Positions 46,853 through 56,767 of a stretch of 64,000 nt of DNA are shown here, one piece after another. Location: positions 1-64,000 of the IMG/VR virus record IMGVR_UViG_3300024331_000231. One strand, given 5' to 3'. The translations under genes and the position numbers were made by a program. The DNA is from a virus (Duplodnaviria > Caudoviricetes). Position 1 is the first letter of the stretch. Each line of letters begins with the position of its first letter. Under the pieces are notes generated by a model, which ran no database searches, was not told where the DNA came from, and was given only the letters and a program-made list of their open reading frames with translations.

Positions 46853-49800
46853 ATGACAATGACCCATAACCAGAGGTTACCGGATAAATACCGGTCCCTC
46901 CTTTTAGGAATCTTCTTCGCAGTTCTTACTTTTTCAGCCAGTAGTCAGACGTATAACCCTTCGACTTGCTGTACGGTGAGTAACAAAAGCTATGGCGCTG
47001 CCCAAGCTGTATCTACAGACGGGCGTTCATGGTTTTACGATGCTACTAATTTCGTGATGCGAGACTACAACGGAACCACAGAAGTCTTTTCCTACCTGAA
47101 TCTGGCCAAATACCGTTCCGGGCACTTCCCGATCTTTGTTCACAGCGGGGGTATATTGCAATCCAATGGCGTATGGTTGGGAGGATCGACGCTCGTTTAC
47201 TGGTTCAAGGATTCCACAGGGAACGCGAACCTCGTAAGATGGTATACGGATTCCACCGCCCTACCGGGGGCGCCGTTTTATTCTGTCGCCAATAACCTGT
47301 CGGAAGGTAATGCAGGTCTCATCAAAGGAAACCTCGCCCTGGACTTCGTCAACAATACAAGCGATGCCACAAAAAATGCGGCTGCCGTGTCCCTGACCAA
47401 TCATACGATAGACGGCACGCTCAACACATTGCAGAACATTCCGAATGCTGCGCTTGCCCATAGTACGATCGGCCTTACGGCGACACACAATCCCGCCTCC
47501 GATATCAGTGTACCGGTCAGCCCGGCAACGTTGGGTAATAGCATCACTATTAATATTCCAGATGGTGGCACTGCTTCACGAGGAGCTATCATAGCTACAG
47601 ACTGGAATTCGTTCCACAGCAAATTGGACAGCATTCACATATCCAACGATACCGTCTATAATTGCGCAAACGGGACCTGTACTTTTCAAAGCGTCCTCGT
47701 CGGGACAGGATCGGTCAATTCGGTGGACGGCACAGATGCTTCCTTGCTTTTTTCGCCGACTACTGGAAATGTACTCGGAAAAGTGAATCCAGCCTTTACC
47801 TTTAACTGGGCGGGCCAACATTCCTTTCTTTCCTTTGCGCCGATTTTTTCTACATTAACCACGGCTGGCGGAATCTTCTATGGGAATGGAAGTGGCCAAC
47901 TGCTGCAATCCAGCGGGGGCACCAATGGACAAATATTCAAGTCGACCGGCGGCGGGACAGCCCCATTATTTTTTACACCGGATGCGGCAACGGTAAATGG
48001 CTGGCTCGGCTATACCGCGCTTTCCAGCGCACTGAGTTCCAGCCATATTTTTGTAGGAAATGGATCAAATATAGCTACGGATGTAGCCATGTCGGGGGAC
48101 GGAACATTAAGCAATACTGGGGTATTAACGATTACAAAGCCGGACAGCGCTCTGGCGGCTGGCTATAATCTTGGCCTGTCCCGGTCCGGCACCACGGTGA
48201 CCGTTTTTTCCACGGATACGTTAGAGGCGTACGTTGGGCAGATTTTGCGCTCGCCCTCTTTTGCTTCGCTAACCGGCTGGACCAATAACGGATCTGCGAC
48301 TTTCACCGCTACGGGAGGCGTCATCACCGCATCTGGCGGAGCGGGGCTCGATGATTTTACCAATAGTCTTGACTATAACTATTACACCGGTGCAGACGAG
48401 TGGGGCTTTTCTACTGTTTTGAAAACGGGAACAGCCGCCGCTAATGTTGGCATGTCTGTGGGAATTCGGACTACCAATACTTATGTACCCTGCTCAATGG
48501 CCGTTCAATTCGACGGTTCGAATTCGGCGCATGCCGGTCGCATATACCTGAGAGCCTTTCGTGGTGTAAACTTTATACGGGTCGATTCTACCGCTGCCCT
48601 ATCTTTCACGGCAGGAGACAAAATTGAGATCAATGTATTTTTGAACCGCTACTCGGTTACCATTCTCGCCAGAGACCAGACTACCAACAGCGCTCACGTC
48701 TACATTACACACAATTTTCCCGTAGCGCTCAGTTCTGACGTGTTGCCCAATACCGGCCATTTTTCCATATGGCAGCATGGGGGAGCCAATGAGATCGACA
48801 GCGCGGCCATAACCATATATTCGTTGAAATACCCGGCAATTTGTGTGCTCGGGGATAGCCGCCTCTATGGTGATTTGGTCGGCGATTACGGAGTTTCTTA
48901 CGTGCAGCAATTACAAAGCAGGTATGGGAGCGTCGTGAATTTCGCAAAGGCCGGAGATAGGACAACAGATATTCTCAACCGTGTTCCGGAAGCGTTATCC
49001 ACGCATACAAAGCAATTTGTATACATGGCCGGCGTTAACGACATAGCTGCCACCACCGATACCAATACCATAAAAAGTAATATCGCTTCGACCTACAGCG
49101 GCCTTATATCACAAGGTGCGAAAGTGTGGTTTTTATTGCCGTGGTTTTCCTCGGTCTACGACCAGACGTGGCTCAGAAATTATATCGTTCGAACGTATCC
49201 CAATTGGATAGATACATGGACGCCCTCAGTGAATTGTGCAGATTGTCGAGCTGCCGACGGCGTGCACTATACCGCTATCGGTAATAGAATCCTGGCACGA
49301 GCCACACTTGACACCAATGTCCTGGTGGGTGGAAGAACGCGGCTCCCGGATAGCGCCGTCGTCAAAGCGATCAGCCTCTGGAGTGCCAATGACAGCGTCC
49401 AGACCCTTGTCACAGCAACCGTCGACAACCAGGTGACTTCGGATAACACCTTCGTATACAATCGGAAGACGAGGAGGTTAGGGATCTTTCCCGGCGTTGG
49501 TCCTTCATCCGGGCTGACTGATCCACAGCATACGATTGATGCAAGTACAGGAGATATCTCCGGAAGGACTATTCAACTAAACCCGGCTTCCGGCGGAGGA
49601 ATGGCCATGAAAACGATCACGCTTTTTAAGACCGTCAATGGTCTTTCATTTAATGATACGTGGATCATGGGACTGGACAATTCCTCCCTTGCTAACCTGT
49701 ATCTAGGGAGTGGTAGTCTTTCAGCTTTCCACCTATTTGACCGCGGCGGAAACGATTTCATTAACGCCTTTATCGGCTCCTTATCTTCTGCCTTGACAAT

Positions 49801-50491
49801 TAGCGGCGGCTCCTGCTATGCGGGAGCAACCAACACCGGCGCCAGCCAGTTACAATTGAACGGTGGAAGCGGCACGGGAACCGGCACTCCCAGTGATGTA
49901 ATTATCGGGTTACCCACCACTACTGGCAGTGGATCGACCCTTCAAACCATCACCAACCGCTGGTGGTTCAAAGGCACGACGCTAGGATTATCGAACAATA
50001 GCTCTCCATCGGCGTCGGCAGCGATTGACCTTACCGGAAACGTAACACAAGGGTTTTTACCGCCGGTAATGACGACCGCCCAATTCAATGCCATTAGCTC
50101 CAGGGCCACCGGGTTGCACGCTGTGCTCACGGATTCTTCCAACCGAATGGCCGTCTATAATGGAGCCAGCACGCTTGCGTACGCGACGTCGGATATGCTC
50201 AACAATATTCCCCTGCGCTATCCGCATTCAATTTCCACGCCCGCCACAGGAGGGACAGTCAATCTGGTCGCCAACCAATACAATATTATCAACCCGGCAG
50301 GAGCCTTGGTCGCCCTTACAGTCAATCTGCCCTCCAGCCCGGTCAATAATGATGTAGTGTACATCAAATACACCCAAGCGATCACAACCGTCACGTACGG
50401 CAATGGAACTGTTGTCGATGGGATTACTGCACCGACTGCAGGAGGACTGGTCGTGCTCACTTATGACAGCGGAACAACGTCCTGGTATTAA
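46853..50491 (+). CDS. Tail fibre/spike with SGNH/GDSL esterase domain
   Basis: VLGDS, AKAGD, AGVND and DGVH blocks; Gly/Ser/Thr-rich fibre segments. Confidence 0.8.
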   Translation: MTMTHNQRLPDKYRSLLLGIFFAVLTFSASSQTYNPSTCCTVSNKSYGAAQAVSTDGRSWFYDATNFVMRDYNGTTEVFSYLNLAKYRSGHFPIFVHSGGILQSNGVWLGGSTLVYWFKDSTGNANLVRWYTDSTALPGAPFYSVANNLSEGNAGLIKGNLALDFVNNTSDATKNAAAVSLTNHTIDGTLNTLQNIPNAALAHSTIGLTATHNPASDISVPVSPATLGNSITINIPDGGTASRGAIIATDWNSFHSKLDSIHISNDTVYNCANGTCTFQSVLVGTGSVNSVDGTDASLLFSPTTGNVLGKVNPAFTFNWAGQHSFLSFAPIFSTLTTAGGIFYGNGSGQLLQSSGGTNGQIFKSTGGGTAPLFFTPDAATVNGWLGYTALSSALSSSHIFVGNGSNIATDVAMSGDGTLSNTGVLTITKPDSALAAGYNLGLSRSGTTVTVFSTDTLEAYVGQILRSPSFASLTGWTNNGSATFTATGGVITASGGAGLDDFTNSLDYNYYTGADEWGFSTVLKTGTAAANVGMSVGIRTTNTYVPCSMAVQFDGSNSAHAGRIYLRAFRGVNFIRVDSTAALSFTAGDKIEINVFLNRYSVTILARDQTTNSAHVYITHNFPVALSSDVLPNTGHFSIWQHGGANEIDSAAITIYSLKYPAICVLGDSRLYGDLVGDYGVSYVQQLQSRYGSVVNFAKAGDRTTDILNRVPEALSTHTKQFVYMAGVNDIAATTDTNTIKSNIASTYSGLISQGAKVWFLLPWFSSVYDQTWLRNYIVRTYPNWIDTWTPSVNCADCRAADGVHYTAIGNRILARATLDTNVLVGGRTRLPDSAVVKAISLWSANDSVQTLVTATVDNQVTSDNTFVYNRKTRRLGIFPGVGPSSGLTDPQHTIDASTGDISGRTIQLNPASGGGMAMKTITLFKTVNGLSFNDTWIMGLDNSSLANLYLGSGSLSAFHLFDRGGNDFINAFIGSLSSALTISGGSCYAGATNTGASQLQLNGGSGTGTGTPSDVIIGLPTTTGSGSTLQTITNRWWFKGTTLGLSNNSSPSASAAIDLTGNVTQGFLPPVMTTAQFNAISSRATGLHAVLTDSSNRMAVYNGASTLAYATSDMLNNIPLRYPHSISTPATGGTVNLVANQYNIINPAGALVALTVNLPSSPVNNDVVYIKYTQAITTVTYGNGTVVDGITAPTAGGLVVLTYDSGTTSWY

Positions 50492-50516
50492 TTTGGAAAC
50501 CCAAAACTGCAAAGCG

Positions 50517-51839
50517 ATGAAAAAAGTAGGTGTTCTGCCTCTCTTGCTGCTCATACTGACCGCGCCGGCTTTCCGGCTTTGCGCGCAGAGCGAACCCAAC
50601 AACCCAGTAACCTATGACACGACCATCACGGAAGCCGCCAACGGAGAGGGGCCGTACACCTGGAACGTCCGGATCACCCGCCAAAAGGCAGATACTGTTT
50701 CTCGGCCGGGCATTTTCTTCATACCGGGGTCCGGTGAGGTGGGAACAAATGCGCTTTTGCTGCGTAACTACGGTCCCCATTACTGGCTATTGAACGGCTG
50801 GGACGGCGGCGTAAAGCTCGGTAATGGCGTCCACTATCCCGTCCTGGTCAGTATTCAACAACCGGTACAGAACATGCGGCCGTGGCATCTCAAAGCCGTT
50901 TTGGAGACCTTGCTCAAAATCCTGCCTGTTAAACGGAGCAGCGTTCATGTGACAGGGCTCAGCCAGGGGTCCTATGAATGGGGCGAATTGATCGGGTTTG
51001 CAGCCTTTAAAGGCGATCAGCAGGCCATGAGCGAGGTCCGGAGCTGGGTGGACCTGGAAGGGGTAGGCCCCGGCGACAATTTCCTCGGTTTCGATCCGCC
51101 TTTTCCGCAGGCCTACCAAACATGGGTCAGTAAATATGGCGGCCGGTTTATGGGGCTGGAAGGCACACAGGACTCCCGCGGTATTTGGCAGCTGACGCAG
51201 CCGATGAATGCGGCGGCCGCGAACTCGGCCTATTTCGCTTATGAAAATATCGGCGGAGGGACACACTGCTGCTGGAATTCGATGTACGACCCGAAGGTAA
51301 CGAGCTGGATCGCCGGCCAGAATGTGAACGTCATCGCTTCCACCAGTCCTGCCACTACCTATGGCTCCTACTATTACTGCGCGACAACAGGCTCCAGTCT
51401 TTTTCAGTGGATGCTGCGCCAGGGAGATACCTCCATGGCCAACTATGTGCCCCCTCCGGCTCCTGTGGCCCTCATCACAACCGATACTACCCAACTCACG
51501 ACGCCTATCTCTGTGATCCGGCTAAGCGGCGCTACTTCAACGGGGTCCGGATTGACGTATGCATGGGGGCAACTGAGCGGACCCAATACCGCCGGCAGCT
51601 CGCTTATCCCGGGTAACACCACCGATATCATATTCTGGGGTCTGGTCCCCGGCTCCTACGTGTTTCAGTTGACGGTCAAAGACAATCAAGGCCGCTCGGC
51701 GGTCGCGACCGTCAATGTGAACATTTATCAGCCGCCTCCCCGGATAGTGACCGCTGTCACGATAAATGTCAATGGCTCGACCTATCCTATCCCCCTTAGC
51801 TGGCTGAAGATCACCTACTCAGACGGCACAACGCAATAA
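50517..51839 (+). CDS. Secreted alpha/beta hydrolase with C-terminal PKD/REJ domain
   Basis: Signal peptide MKKVGVLPLLLLILTAPAFRLCA; TGLSQG nucleophile elbow; GGTH; YAWGQLSGP..GLVPGSYVFQLTVKD. Confidence 0.75.
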   Translation: MKKVGVLPLLLLILTAPAFRLCAQSEPNNPVTYDTTITEAANGEGPYTWNVRITRQKADTVSRPGIFFIPGSGEVGTNALLLRNYGPHYWLLNGWDGGVKLGNGVHYPVLVSIQQPVQNMRPWHLKAVLETLLKILPVKRSSVHVTGLSQGSYEWGELIGFAAFKGDQQAMSEVRSWVDLEGVGPGDNFLGFDPPFPQAYQTWVSKYGGRFMGLEGTQDSRGIWQLTQPMNAAAANSAYFAYENIGGGTHCCWNSMYDPKVTSWIAGQNVNVIASTSPATTYGSYYYCATTGSSLFQWMLRQGDTSMANYVPPPAPVALITTDTTQLTTPISVIRLSGATSTGSGLTYAWGQLSGPNTAGSSLIPGNTTDIIFWGLVPGSYVFQLTVKDNQGRSAVATVNVNIYQPPPRIVTAVTINVNGSTYPIPLSWLKITYSDGTTQ

Positions 51840-51854
51840 TCATTTGAAAACAAT

Positions 51855-52115
51855 ATGAAAACTACTTTTTCCATGGCAAATTTTCAAGCAAACTTAAATA
51901 CCGTCCTTCTGGGCCTCTGCGTGACAGGAATAGCATGGACCTTGAAATCGATCAACGAACTGGATAGCCAGATGGCCGCCCAAGAAGTCAACGTCTCGGA
52001 CTTACGGGAGGATATAAAGAGCATTAATGATGTCAACAACGACCATTCTAAAGCGATTCAGGATCTCAATGGACGGTTATTAAAGCTGGAACTGCTTTCT
52101 AAGCCAAAACCATAA
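51855..52115 (+). CDS. Membrane-anchored coiled-coil protein (lysis accessory)
   Basis: One TM segment, then a coiled coil; first gene of the lysis cluster. Confidence 0.55.
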   Translation: MKTTFSMANFQANLNTVLLGLCVTGIAWTLKSINELDSQMAAQEVNVSDLREDIKSINDVNNDHSKAIQDLNGRLLKLELLSKPKP

Positions 52116-52141
52116 TTTTTTTACCACGAAAACCACACAAC

Positions 52142-52861
52142 ATGGCTACCTCTTCAAACCAATTCTCACTGAACATCTCCGATTTTTTAAAGGGCCTCGC
52201 CGTTGCTGCCCTGAGCCAGCCCGTATTGGTCATCCTGACCAGTCTTTCGGCCGGACATTTCGACATAAACTGGACCGAACAGTGGCACCTGGCTGTCTCT
52301 TCCGGAGCGGCGTATTTGATCAAAAATTACTTTTCAGGTCCCAAACCTCCCGCCTCCTCCAACACGGGAATAGCCGGAAAAGTCGTAGCGCTCGTTATTG
52401 TCCTGTCGCTTTTAGGGCATCTTTGCAAGGCGCAAAGCATGTTCAAACCGCTGCCGGTATATACCAAGCCAGTGGCAACGAACCGGTTTTTTCGTACGAT
52501 CTTGCCGACAGATAGCCTGCCTTCCATCAGTAAAGGAAAGTTTCAGGGTTTCCGGTTCTCTGGGCCCGATCTGGCCTTTGCGATCCCCGATTTTTCACTC
52601 TACACAGGCCTCGGCATCGATTATGTCTGGGCTACTGCCAATCCTGCAACGGGAAAATGGGAATATACCACCACGATCGGGCCGCGGGTGTACGGAGGGG
52701 CCAATCTGGGGGCGCCGACAGTCCGGGCCATTGGGGCGATAGGTATACGGCTGACGCTTTTTAAGGGCTGGTTGGCGCTAGGAGCGCTTTATAATCTTAC
52801 CTTGAAAGAAACGCAGGCTACCATGGGCAACCCGGCGGCCCTCATCCCGGGATTAAACTAA
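52142..52861 (+). CDS. Holin-like N-terminus fused to a beta-rich exported domain
   Basis: FSLNISDFLKGL...AYLIKNYF holin-like segment; internal signal-like VVALVIVLSLLGHLCKA-Q; amphipathic beta strands. Confidence 0.55.
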   Translation: MATSSNQFSLNISDFLKGLAVAALSQPVLVILTSLSAGHFDINWTEQWHLAVSSGAAYLIKNYFSGPKPPASSNTGIAGKVVALVIVLSLLGHLCKAQSMFKPLPVYTKPVATNRFFRTILPTDSLPSISKGKFQGFRFSGPDLAFAIPDFSLYTGLGIDYVWATANPATGKWEYTTTIGPRVYGGANLGAPTVRAIGAIGIRLTLFKGWLALGALYNLTLKETQATMGNPAALIPGLN

Positions 52862-52971
52862 TGAAACGCAATCCCAAAGACACGTTGTTTTTTGCGGTCG
52901 TGGCTATTGTTGTCACGATCCTACTAATTATTGCATTTTTAGTAGTATTTTATAAACTCGCAGAATCATGA
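52861..52971 (+). CDS. 36-aa single-pass membrane peptide (not in ORF track)
   Basis: MKRNPKDTLFFAVVAIVVTILLIIAFLVVFYKLAES*; ATGA overlap with the endolysin start. Confidence 0.45.
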   Translation: MKRNPKDTLFFAVVAIVVTILLIIAFLVVFYKLAES

Positions 52972-53396
52972 ACAGCAAATTGCTTGAAATCGCGCTGGCT
53001 TATTACGGGCTCACCGAAGCGCCTGGAGCGGCGGATAATCCTATTATTCTTTCTATGGCTCAGGAGTGCGGGTTCACCGACTACAAACACGACGACATCG
53101 CCTGGTGCTCTCTTTTCATGAACTGGATAGCTTTAAAAGCAGGTTACCAGCGGTCCAATAGTCTCATGGCTCGCAGTTGGCTGGGCGTGGGGCAGCAAGT
53201 CGCTATTTTATCAGCAGCCCACGTGGTCGTTTTATGGCGGGGATCGCCCGACGGTGCAGAAGGGCACGTTGGACTGCCGATCACCCAGCGAAATGGCCTA
53301 ATTTACATCCTGGGAGGAAACCAGGGCAACCAGGTCTCTATCGAGGGCTTTGATCCGGCCCGGGTTCTCGGCTTCCGCCAGCTTTCCCCCATTTAA
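52968..53396 (+). CDS. Endolysin, TIGR02594/NlpC-P60-like
   Basis: DDIAWCSLFMNW, MARSWL.VG, VVVLWRG..GHVG, ILGGNQGNQV. Confidence 0.85.
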   Translation: MNSKLLEIALAYYGLTEAPGAADNPIILSMAQECGFTDYKHDDIAWCSLFMNWIALKAGYQRSNSLMARSWLGVGQQVAILSAAHVVVLWRGSPDGAEGHVGLPITQRNGLIYILGGNQGNQVSIEGFDPARVLGFRQLSPI

Positions 53397-53572
53397 CCAC
53401 CCAAACGCTTGCCTCATGCATACGCTATACGTAATTTTAGCCACCCTCATCGTCCTTGCCGTCGGATTTGTCCTGCTGGCCGTGTCCAGCAAAATGACAG
53501 AACCCGGCGATAACGAGCGTTTTCCTAACGACGAATAACCTCTGTTTCGGAATAAGGATACTTGCACCCAGC

Positions 53573-53599
53573 GGAGCGGTTTTCTAACCGCTCCTTTTT
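53573..53599 (+). terminator. Rho-independent terminator ending the late operon
   Basis: GGAGCGGT-tttcta-ACCGCTCC-TTTTT. Confidence 0.7.
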
Positions 53600-53647
53600 A
53601 TTTTAGTCTTTTTAGTTAAATTAGTTATAATTCCCTATTTTCACGCC

Positions 53648-53872
53648 ATGGAAATCCAATTGCACAATACGACTAAGATCGTAACGATCAATGGAGTACC
53701 GGGCCAATTATGGGAAGGATTCACCTCCAGCGGCATCCGGATTTTTGCTTTCATTGTACGCATTGGTGTTGAAGAAGGTGCTGACTTATCCTAATTTGAA
53801 GAAGAACTGCAGGCCGTAAGTGCGCCGGCCCCAGATTTAGGAGCAATTGATATGCGGTTTTTCATTGATTGA
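53648..53872 (+). pseudogene. 74-codon phage ORF interrupted by one in-frame TAA (53792-53794)
   Basis: MEIQLHNTTKIVTINGVPGQLWEG...EGADLS*FEEELQAVSAPAPDLGAIDMRFFID*; the frame continues after the stop. Confidence 0.55.
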
Positions 53873-53899
53873 TTTACTCTAACCTTAAATAAAAATTGT

Positions 53900-54199
53900 A
53901 TGGAACAACCTTTTACTTGGGACCCGGAAAAAGATACCATGTGGGAAGCTTTGGGCATTACAGAAGAACGGTATAAAAAAATGAATTGGCAGATGAGTCT
54001 TGCGGTCCATCGATTTAACGAGCCTACAGAAGAAGGGGTGATCGAAATTGAGCCAGCGAAAGCAATCCGTACTTTTCTTGATTTGGGTGAGACCTTGGAA
54101 GAAAAACTATTTGCAGCATACAGAGCTGGACGATATATCCAAGAAGAATTGCAGGAGGCTCGAAATCCAATTGCATCACATTTAAAAGGCGTGAGATAA
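53900..54199 (+). CDS. Hypothetical protein
   Basis: 99-aa ORF. Confidence 0.6.
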   Translation: MEQPFTWDPEKDTMWEALGITEERYKKMNWQMSLAVHRFNEPTEEGVIEIEPAKAIRTFLDLGETLEEKLFAAYRAGRYIQEELQEARNPIASHLKGVR

Positions 54200-55017
54200 T
54201 GCCGGCGAAACCACTTGCAAAAGACGAGCGGAACAATTTCTTTTTTGTAGATTCGCGCCGGTTAATTATAGATGAAGACTATATTGAGCGCGAAGATTTC
54301 GGCGACATAGGAGCGATCGTAAAGTGGATAGAAGCCAACGGGCTGCGGAAATTAAATCCGCTCCGGTGCTACAAGAAAGGGGAAAACTGGGTCATCATCC
54401 GGGGACACAGAAGGCATAGAGCCATAAAGGAAATTGAAGTCAAAACGGGCGCTCTTCAAATGGTGCCTATTTTTGTGGCCAATAAAGGCGAAAGCCTTGA
54501 ACAGCGATATTTTGAACAAGCCACGGAGAATGATAGCAAGGCCTATACTCCTTGGGAAAAAGCCAAGGTGTTAAAAAAAGCCCGAAGTTTTGGATGGAGC
54601 GAAGAAAAAATGATAGAGGAGTCCGGCTGGTCCGACGTATATGTTCGGCGGTTGTTATCGTTAGCAGACGCACCCCAAAAACTGATCAATCTAGTAAGGG
54701 AGGGCACCGTCTCCGGCACGTATGCTATGGACGTGATTGCCGAAGGACCTGAGTCCGTTCAAGAGTTAATTGCTAAGGGCGAAGCCAATTTACTCCCCCC
54801 CACCAATCCTGAATTATTTGATCAACCAATCCCTCCGAAGCCCGCAAAAATCACCAAAAGCGATTTACGTCCGAATTCCATCAAAATCTTTAAAAAATGG
54901 GCGCCCCAGGTAGATGTAAAAGAAATGTCCCCCGAAAAGGCAAAACTTTTCAAATGGTTGCAGAAATTGCTGGAGGGTGAGCTAACAGAGGAAGATTTCA
55001 AAAAATTCTTTCGTTGA
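54199..55017 (+). CDS. ParB/Spo0J-like protein (N-terminal ParB domain plus HTH)
   Basis: NPLRCYK..WVIIRGHRRHRA; TENDSKAYTPWEKA..GWSEEKMIEESGWSDVYVRRLLSL. Confidence 0.8.
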   Translation: MPAKPLAKDERNNFFFVDSRRLIIDEDYIEREDFGDIGAIVKWIEANGLRKLNPLRCYKKGENWVIIRGHRRHRAIKEIEVKTGALQMVPIFVANKGESLEQRYFEQATENDSKAYTPWEKAKVLKKARSFGWSEEKMIEESGWSDVYVRRLLSLADAPQKLINLVREGTVSGTYAMDVIAEGPESVQELIAKGEANLLPPTNPELFDQPIPPKPAKITKSDLRPNSIKIFKKWAPQVDVKEMSPEKAKLFKWLQKLLEGELTEEDFKKFFR

Positions 55018-55085
55018 TGATACTTCGGGTCGACTCGTAGTTTGCAAGGTGGCGCTCCCCAATGTGGGAGCGCTTTTTTACAAAT

Positions 55086-55616
55086 ATGATAACGGAAAGG
55101 CAATATAAAATCTTACTGGCGCAGGCCCAAGAAATGGTTGAAGGTTCATTTCTTTGCGCAGTGGATATCTTGCACGACGCTATTTTGGAGCACGAGGTCC
55201 CCACTTTGAAACAGCTAAAAGCATTCATTTACCGCGAAATTTTTAGGGTCCGCTCCTTAACCCCAGTCGGGTATCTCGACCGCCAACAGAAGCCGAAAAC
55301 ACTTTTCAAGATGTGCAGTGGGTGTAAAGAGCCGCTTCCATATTCCGCTTTTTATACTAGTCCCCAGGGTAAAGTAGCCGGTCGCTGTGATCCTTGCATG
55401 GCCCTTTATCATGAACAATACAGGCGTAAACATCGGCTGAAAATTCGCTCGGATCACAGCAAATGGCGGAAAAATAATCAGCGGTCTATCAGGAGGAAAA
55501 ACAGGACCTATTATAAAAAAAATGCCAGTCGACTTCGTAAAAAAGCAAATGATTATTACCAAGCTAAAAAAAAGGGCGGAAAATACGAAGGATACAGCAG
55601 CGACAAAATTAAGTAG
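55086..55616 (+). CDS. Zn-finger, basic protein (HNH-associated N-terminal type)
   Basis: CSGCKEPLPYSAFY..RCDPC with Arg/Lys-rich tail; start placed after the terminator hairpin at 55052-55078. Confidence 0.55.
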   Translation: MITERQYKILLAQAQEMVEGSFLCAVDILHDAILEHEVPTLKQLKAFIYREIFRVRSLTPVGYLDRQQKPKTLFKMCSGCKEPLPYSAFYTSPQGKVAGRCDPCMALYHEQYRRKHRLKIRSDHSKWRKNNQRSIRRKNRTYYKKNASRLRKKANDYYQAKKKGGKYEGYSSDKIK

Positions 55617-55772
55617 ACTAAAAAAGTAAAGTCTGTAATAAGAACACTTAGCAAAATGATCATCCAAATAGTATGCATTTTGCGGTCTTTGTTCAGTTGT
55701 CGTATAAAATCATCTTCTATGGGCAAACGGCTTTCAGTGGTACGCATGATAGGTGGTTTGTGGCATGAAAAA

Positions 55773-55955
55773 TCAACCAATTGTCTCCAATGTCTTGGTA
55801 ATAATATCCCTTACGGCTTTATGGTCCATTGGCTGATCCGATAAGGCCAGTTCCTGTATCTTCGCGAGCGCTAGCATTAATATCAGATTGTCGTTCAACG
55901 TCTTGAGATGTTGGATATCTTCTAGGGAGACGGTCTGTAATTCCTCGGTGGTCAT
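55773..55955 (-). CDS. Hypothetical protein
   Basis: 60-aa ORF at the end of the leftward operon. Confidence 0.5.
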   Translation of the reverse strand: MTTEELQTVSLEDIQHLKTLNDNLILMLALAKIQELALSDQPMDHKAVRDIITKTLETIG

Positions 55956-55967
55956 ATAATGGTAGGT

Positions 55968-56546
55968 TTAAAGATCCTTGAACAAAAGCGCTTCCAGCAT
56001 CTTGGCGCGGTGATAGCCATTTTTCAGGGAATAGAACGTTTCGGTAGCCGCATCCCAGCCAGCAAACTGTCTCATTGAGTCGCGGTATAAAATGAAATGC
56101 GTCGTAGGATCGATCCCGGTTTCCTCAGCAATGTCGGCTATTACGTTTTCAATATCGTTGGTGACCGACATGCGGCCTAAGTTCAGGTCGCGGATAAAGA
56201 GTATTTGCTGTCCGTGCAACTCCCCTATTTTGTACTCAAAATCTGCCTTGGATCTCTTGGGCGGTCTGACCTTCTCAAGTTCGATATAGCCTTTTTGCTG
56301 CGCTATTCTCAACACGGCAGGAGTGATGAACATTTGAACCTGTGCCTCAGTGGGGCGAATGAAATTGTCTCTGTGTTCGACATATTCTTCCCCGTCTGGG
56401 CCTATCCATGCAAATTTGCTGCCCGTTATCTCTTTACTGGCCGACTCTGAAAGAAGCCAGACAGACGAAGCTAAAGGTCCGTCAACCGCTAATCCTATAT
56501 GGTGGTAACGGTCGATCACAAAAGCGAGGAGATTATTGATTTTCAT
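55968..56546 (-). CDS. Hypothetical protein
   Basis: Start placed at MKINNLL; C-terminal MSVTNDIENVI..YRDS motif. Confidence 0.55.
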   Translation of the reverse strand: MKINNLLAFVIDRYHHIGLAVDGPLASSVWLLSESASKEITGSKFAWIGPDGEEYVEHRDNFIRPTEAQVQMFITPAVLRIAQQKGYIELEKVRPPKRSKADFEYKIGELHGQQILFIRDLNLGRMSVTNDIENVIADIAEETGIDPTTHFILYRDSMRQFAGWDAATETFYSLKNGYHRAKMLEALLFKDL

Positions 56547-56751
56547 TTGTTGAGGTTGAAGGTGAATATACTTCGGTTTCGAGGATAGGCCAATCAGGGG
56601 GAGCAGTTCGGCTCCAGTAAGGATATGGACCTGCCATTCCATTAGCTGCGTCTATATCGATTACCTTATACCAAGTGCCTTTTCTCCATTTTCGATAGGC
56701 TCTGAGTCCTGAGAAAACATTGTCAAAATACCACTGAAAAAAGCGTTTCAT
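56533..56751 (-). CDS. Hypothetical protein
   Basis: 72-aa ORF. Confidence 0.5.
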   Translation of the reverse strand: MKRFFQWYFDNVFSGLRAYRKWRKGTWYKVIDIDAANGMAGPYPYWSRTAPPDWPILETEVYSPSTSTNENQ

Positions 56752-56767
56752 ATGGCGATGGTTAAGA

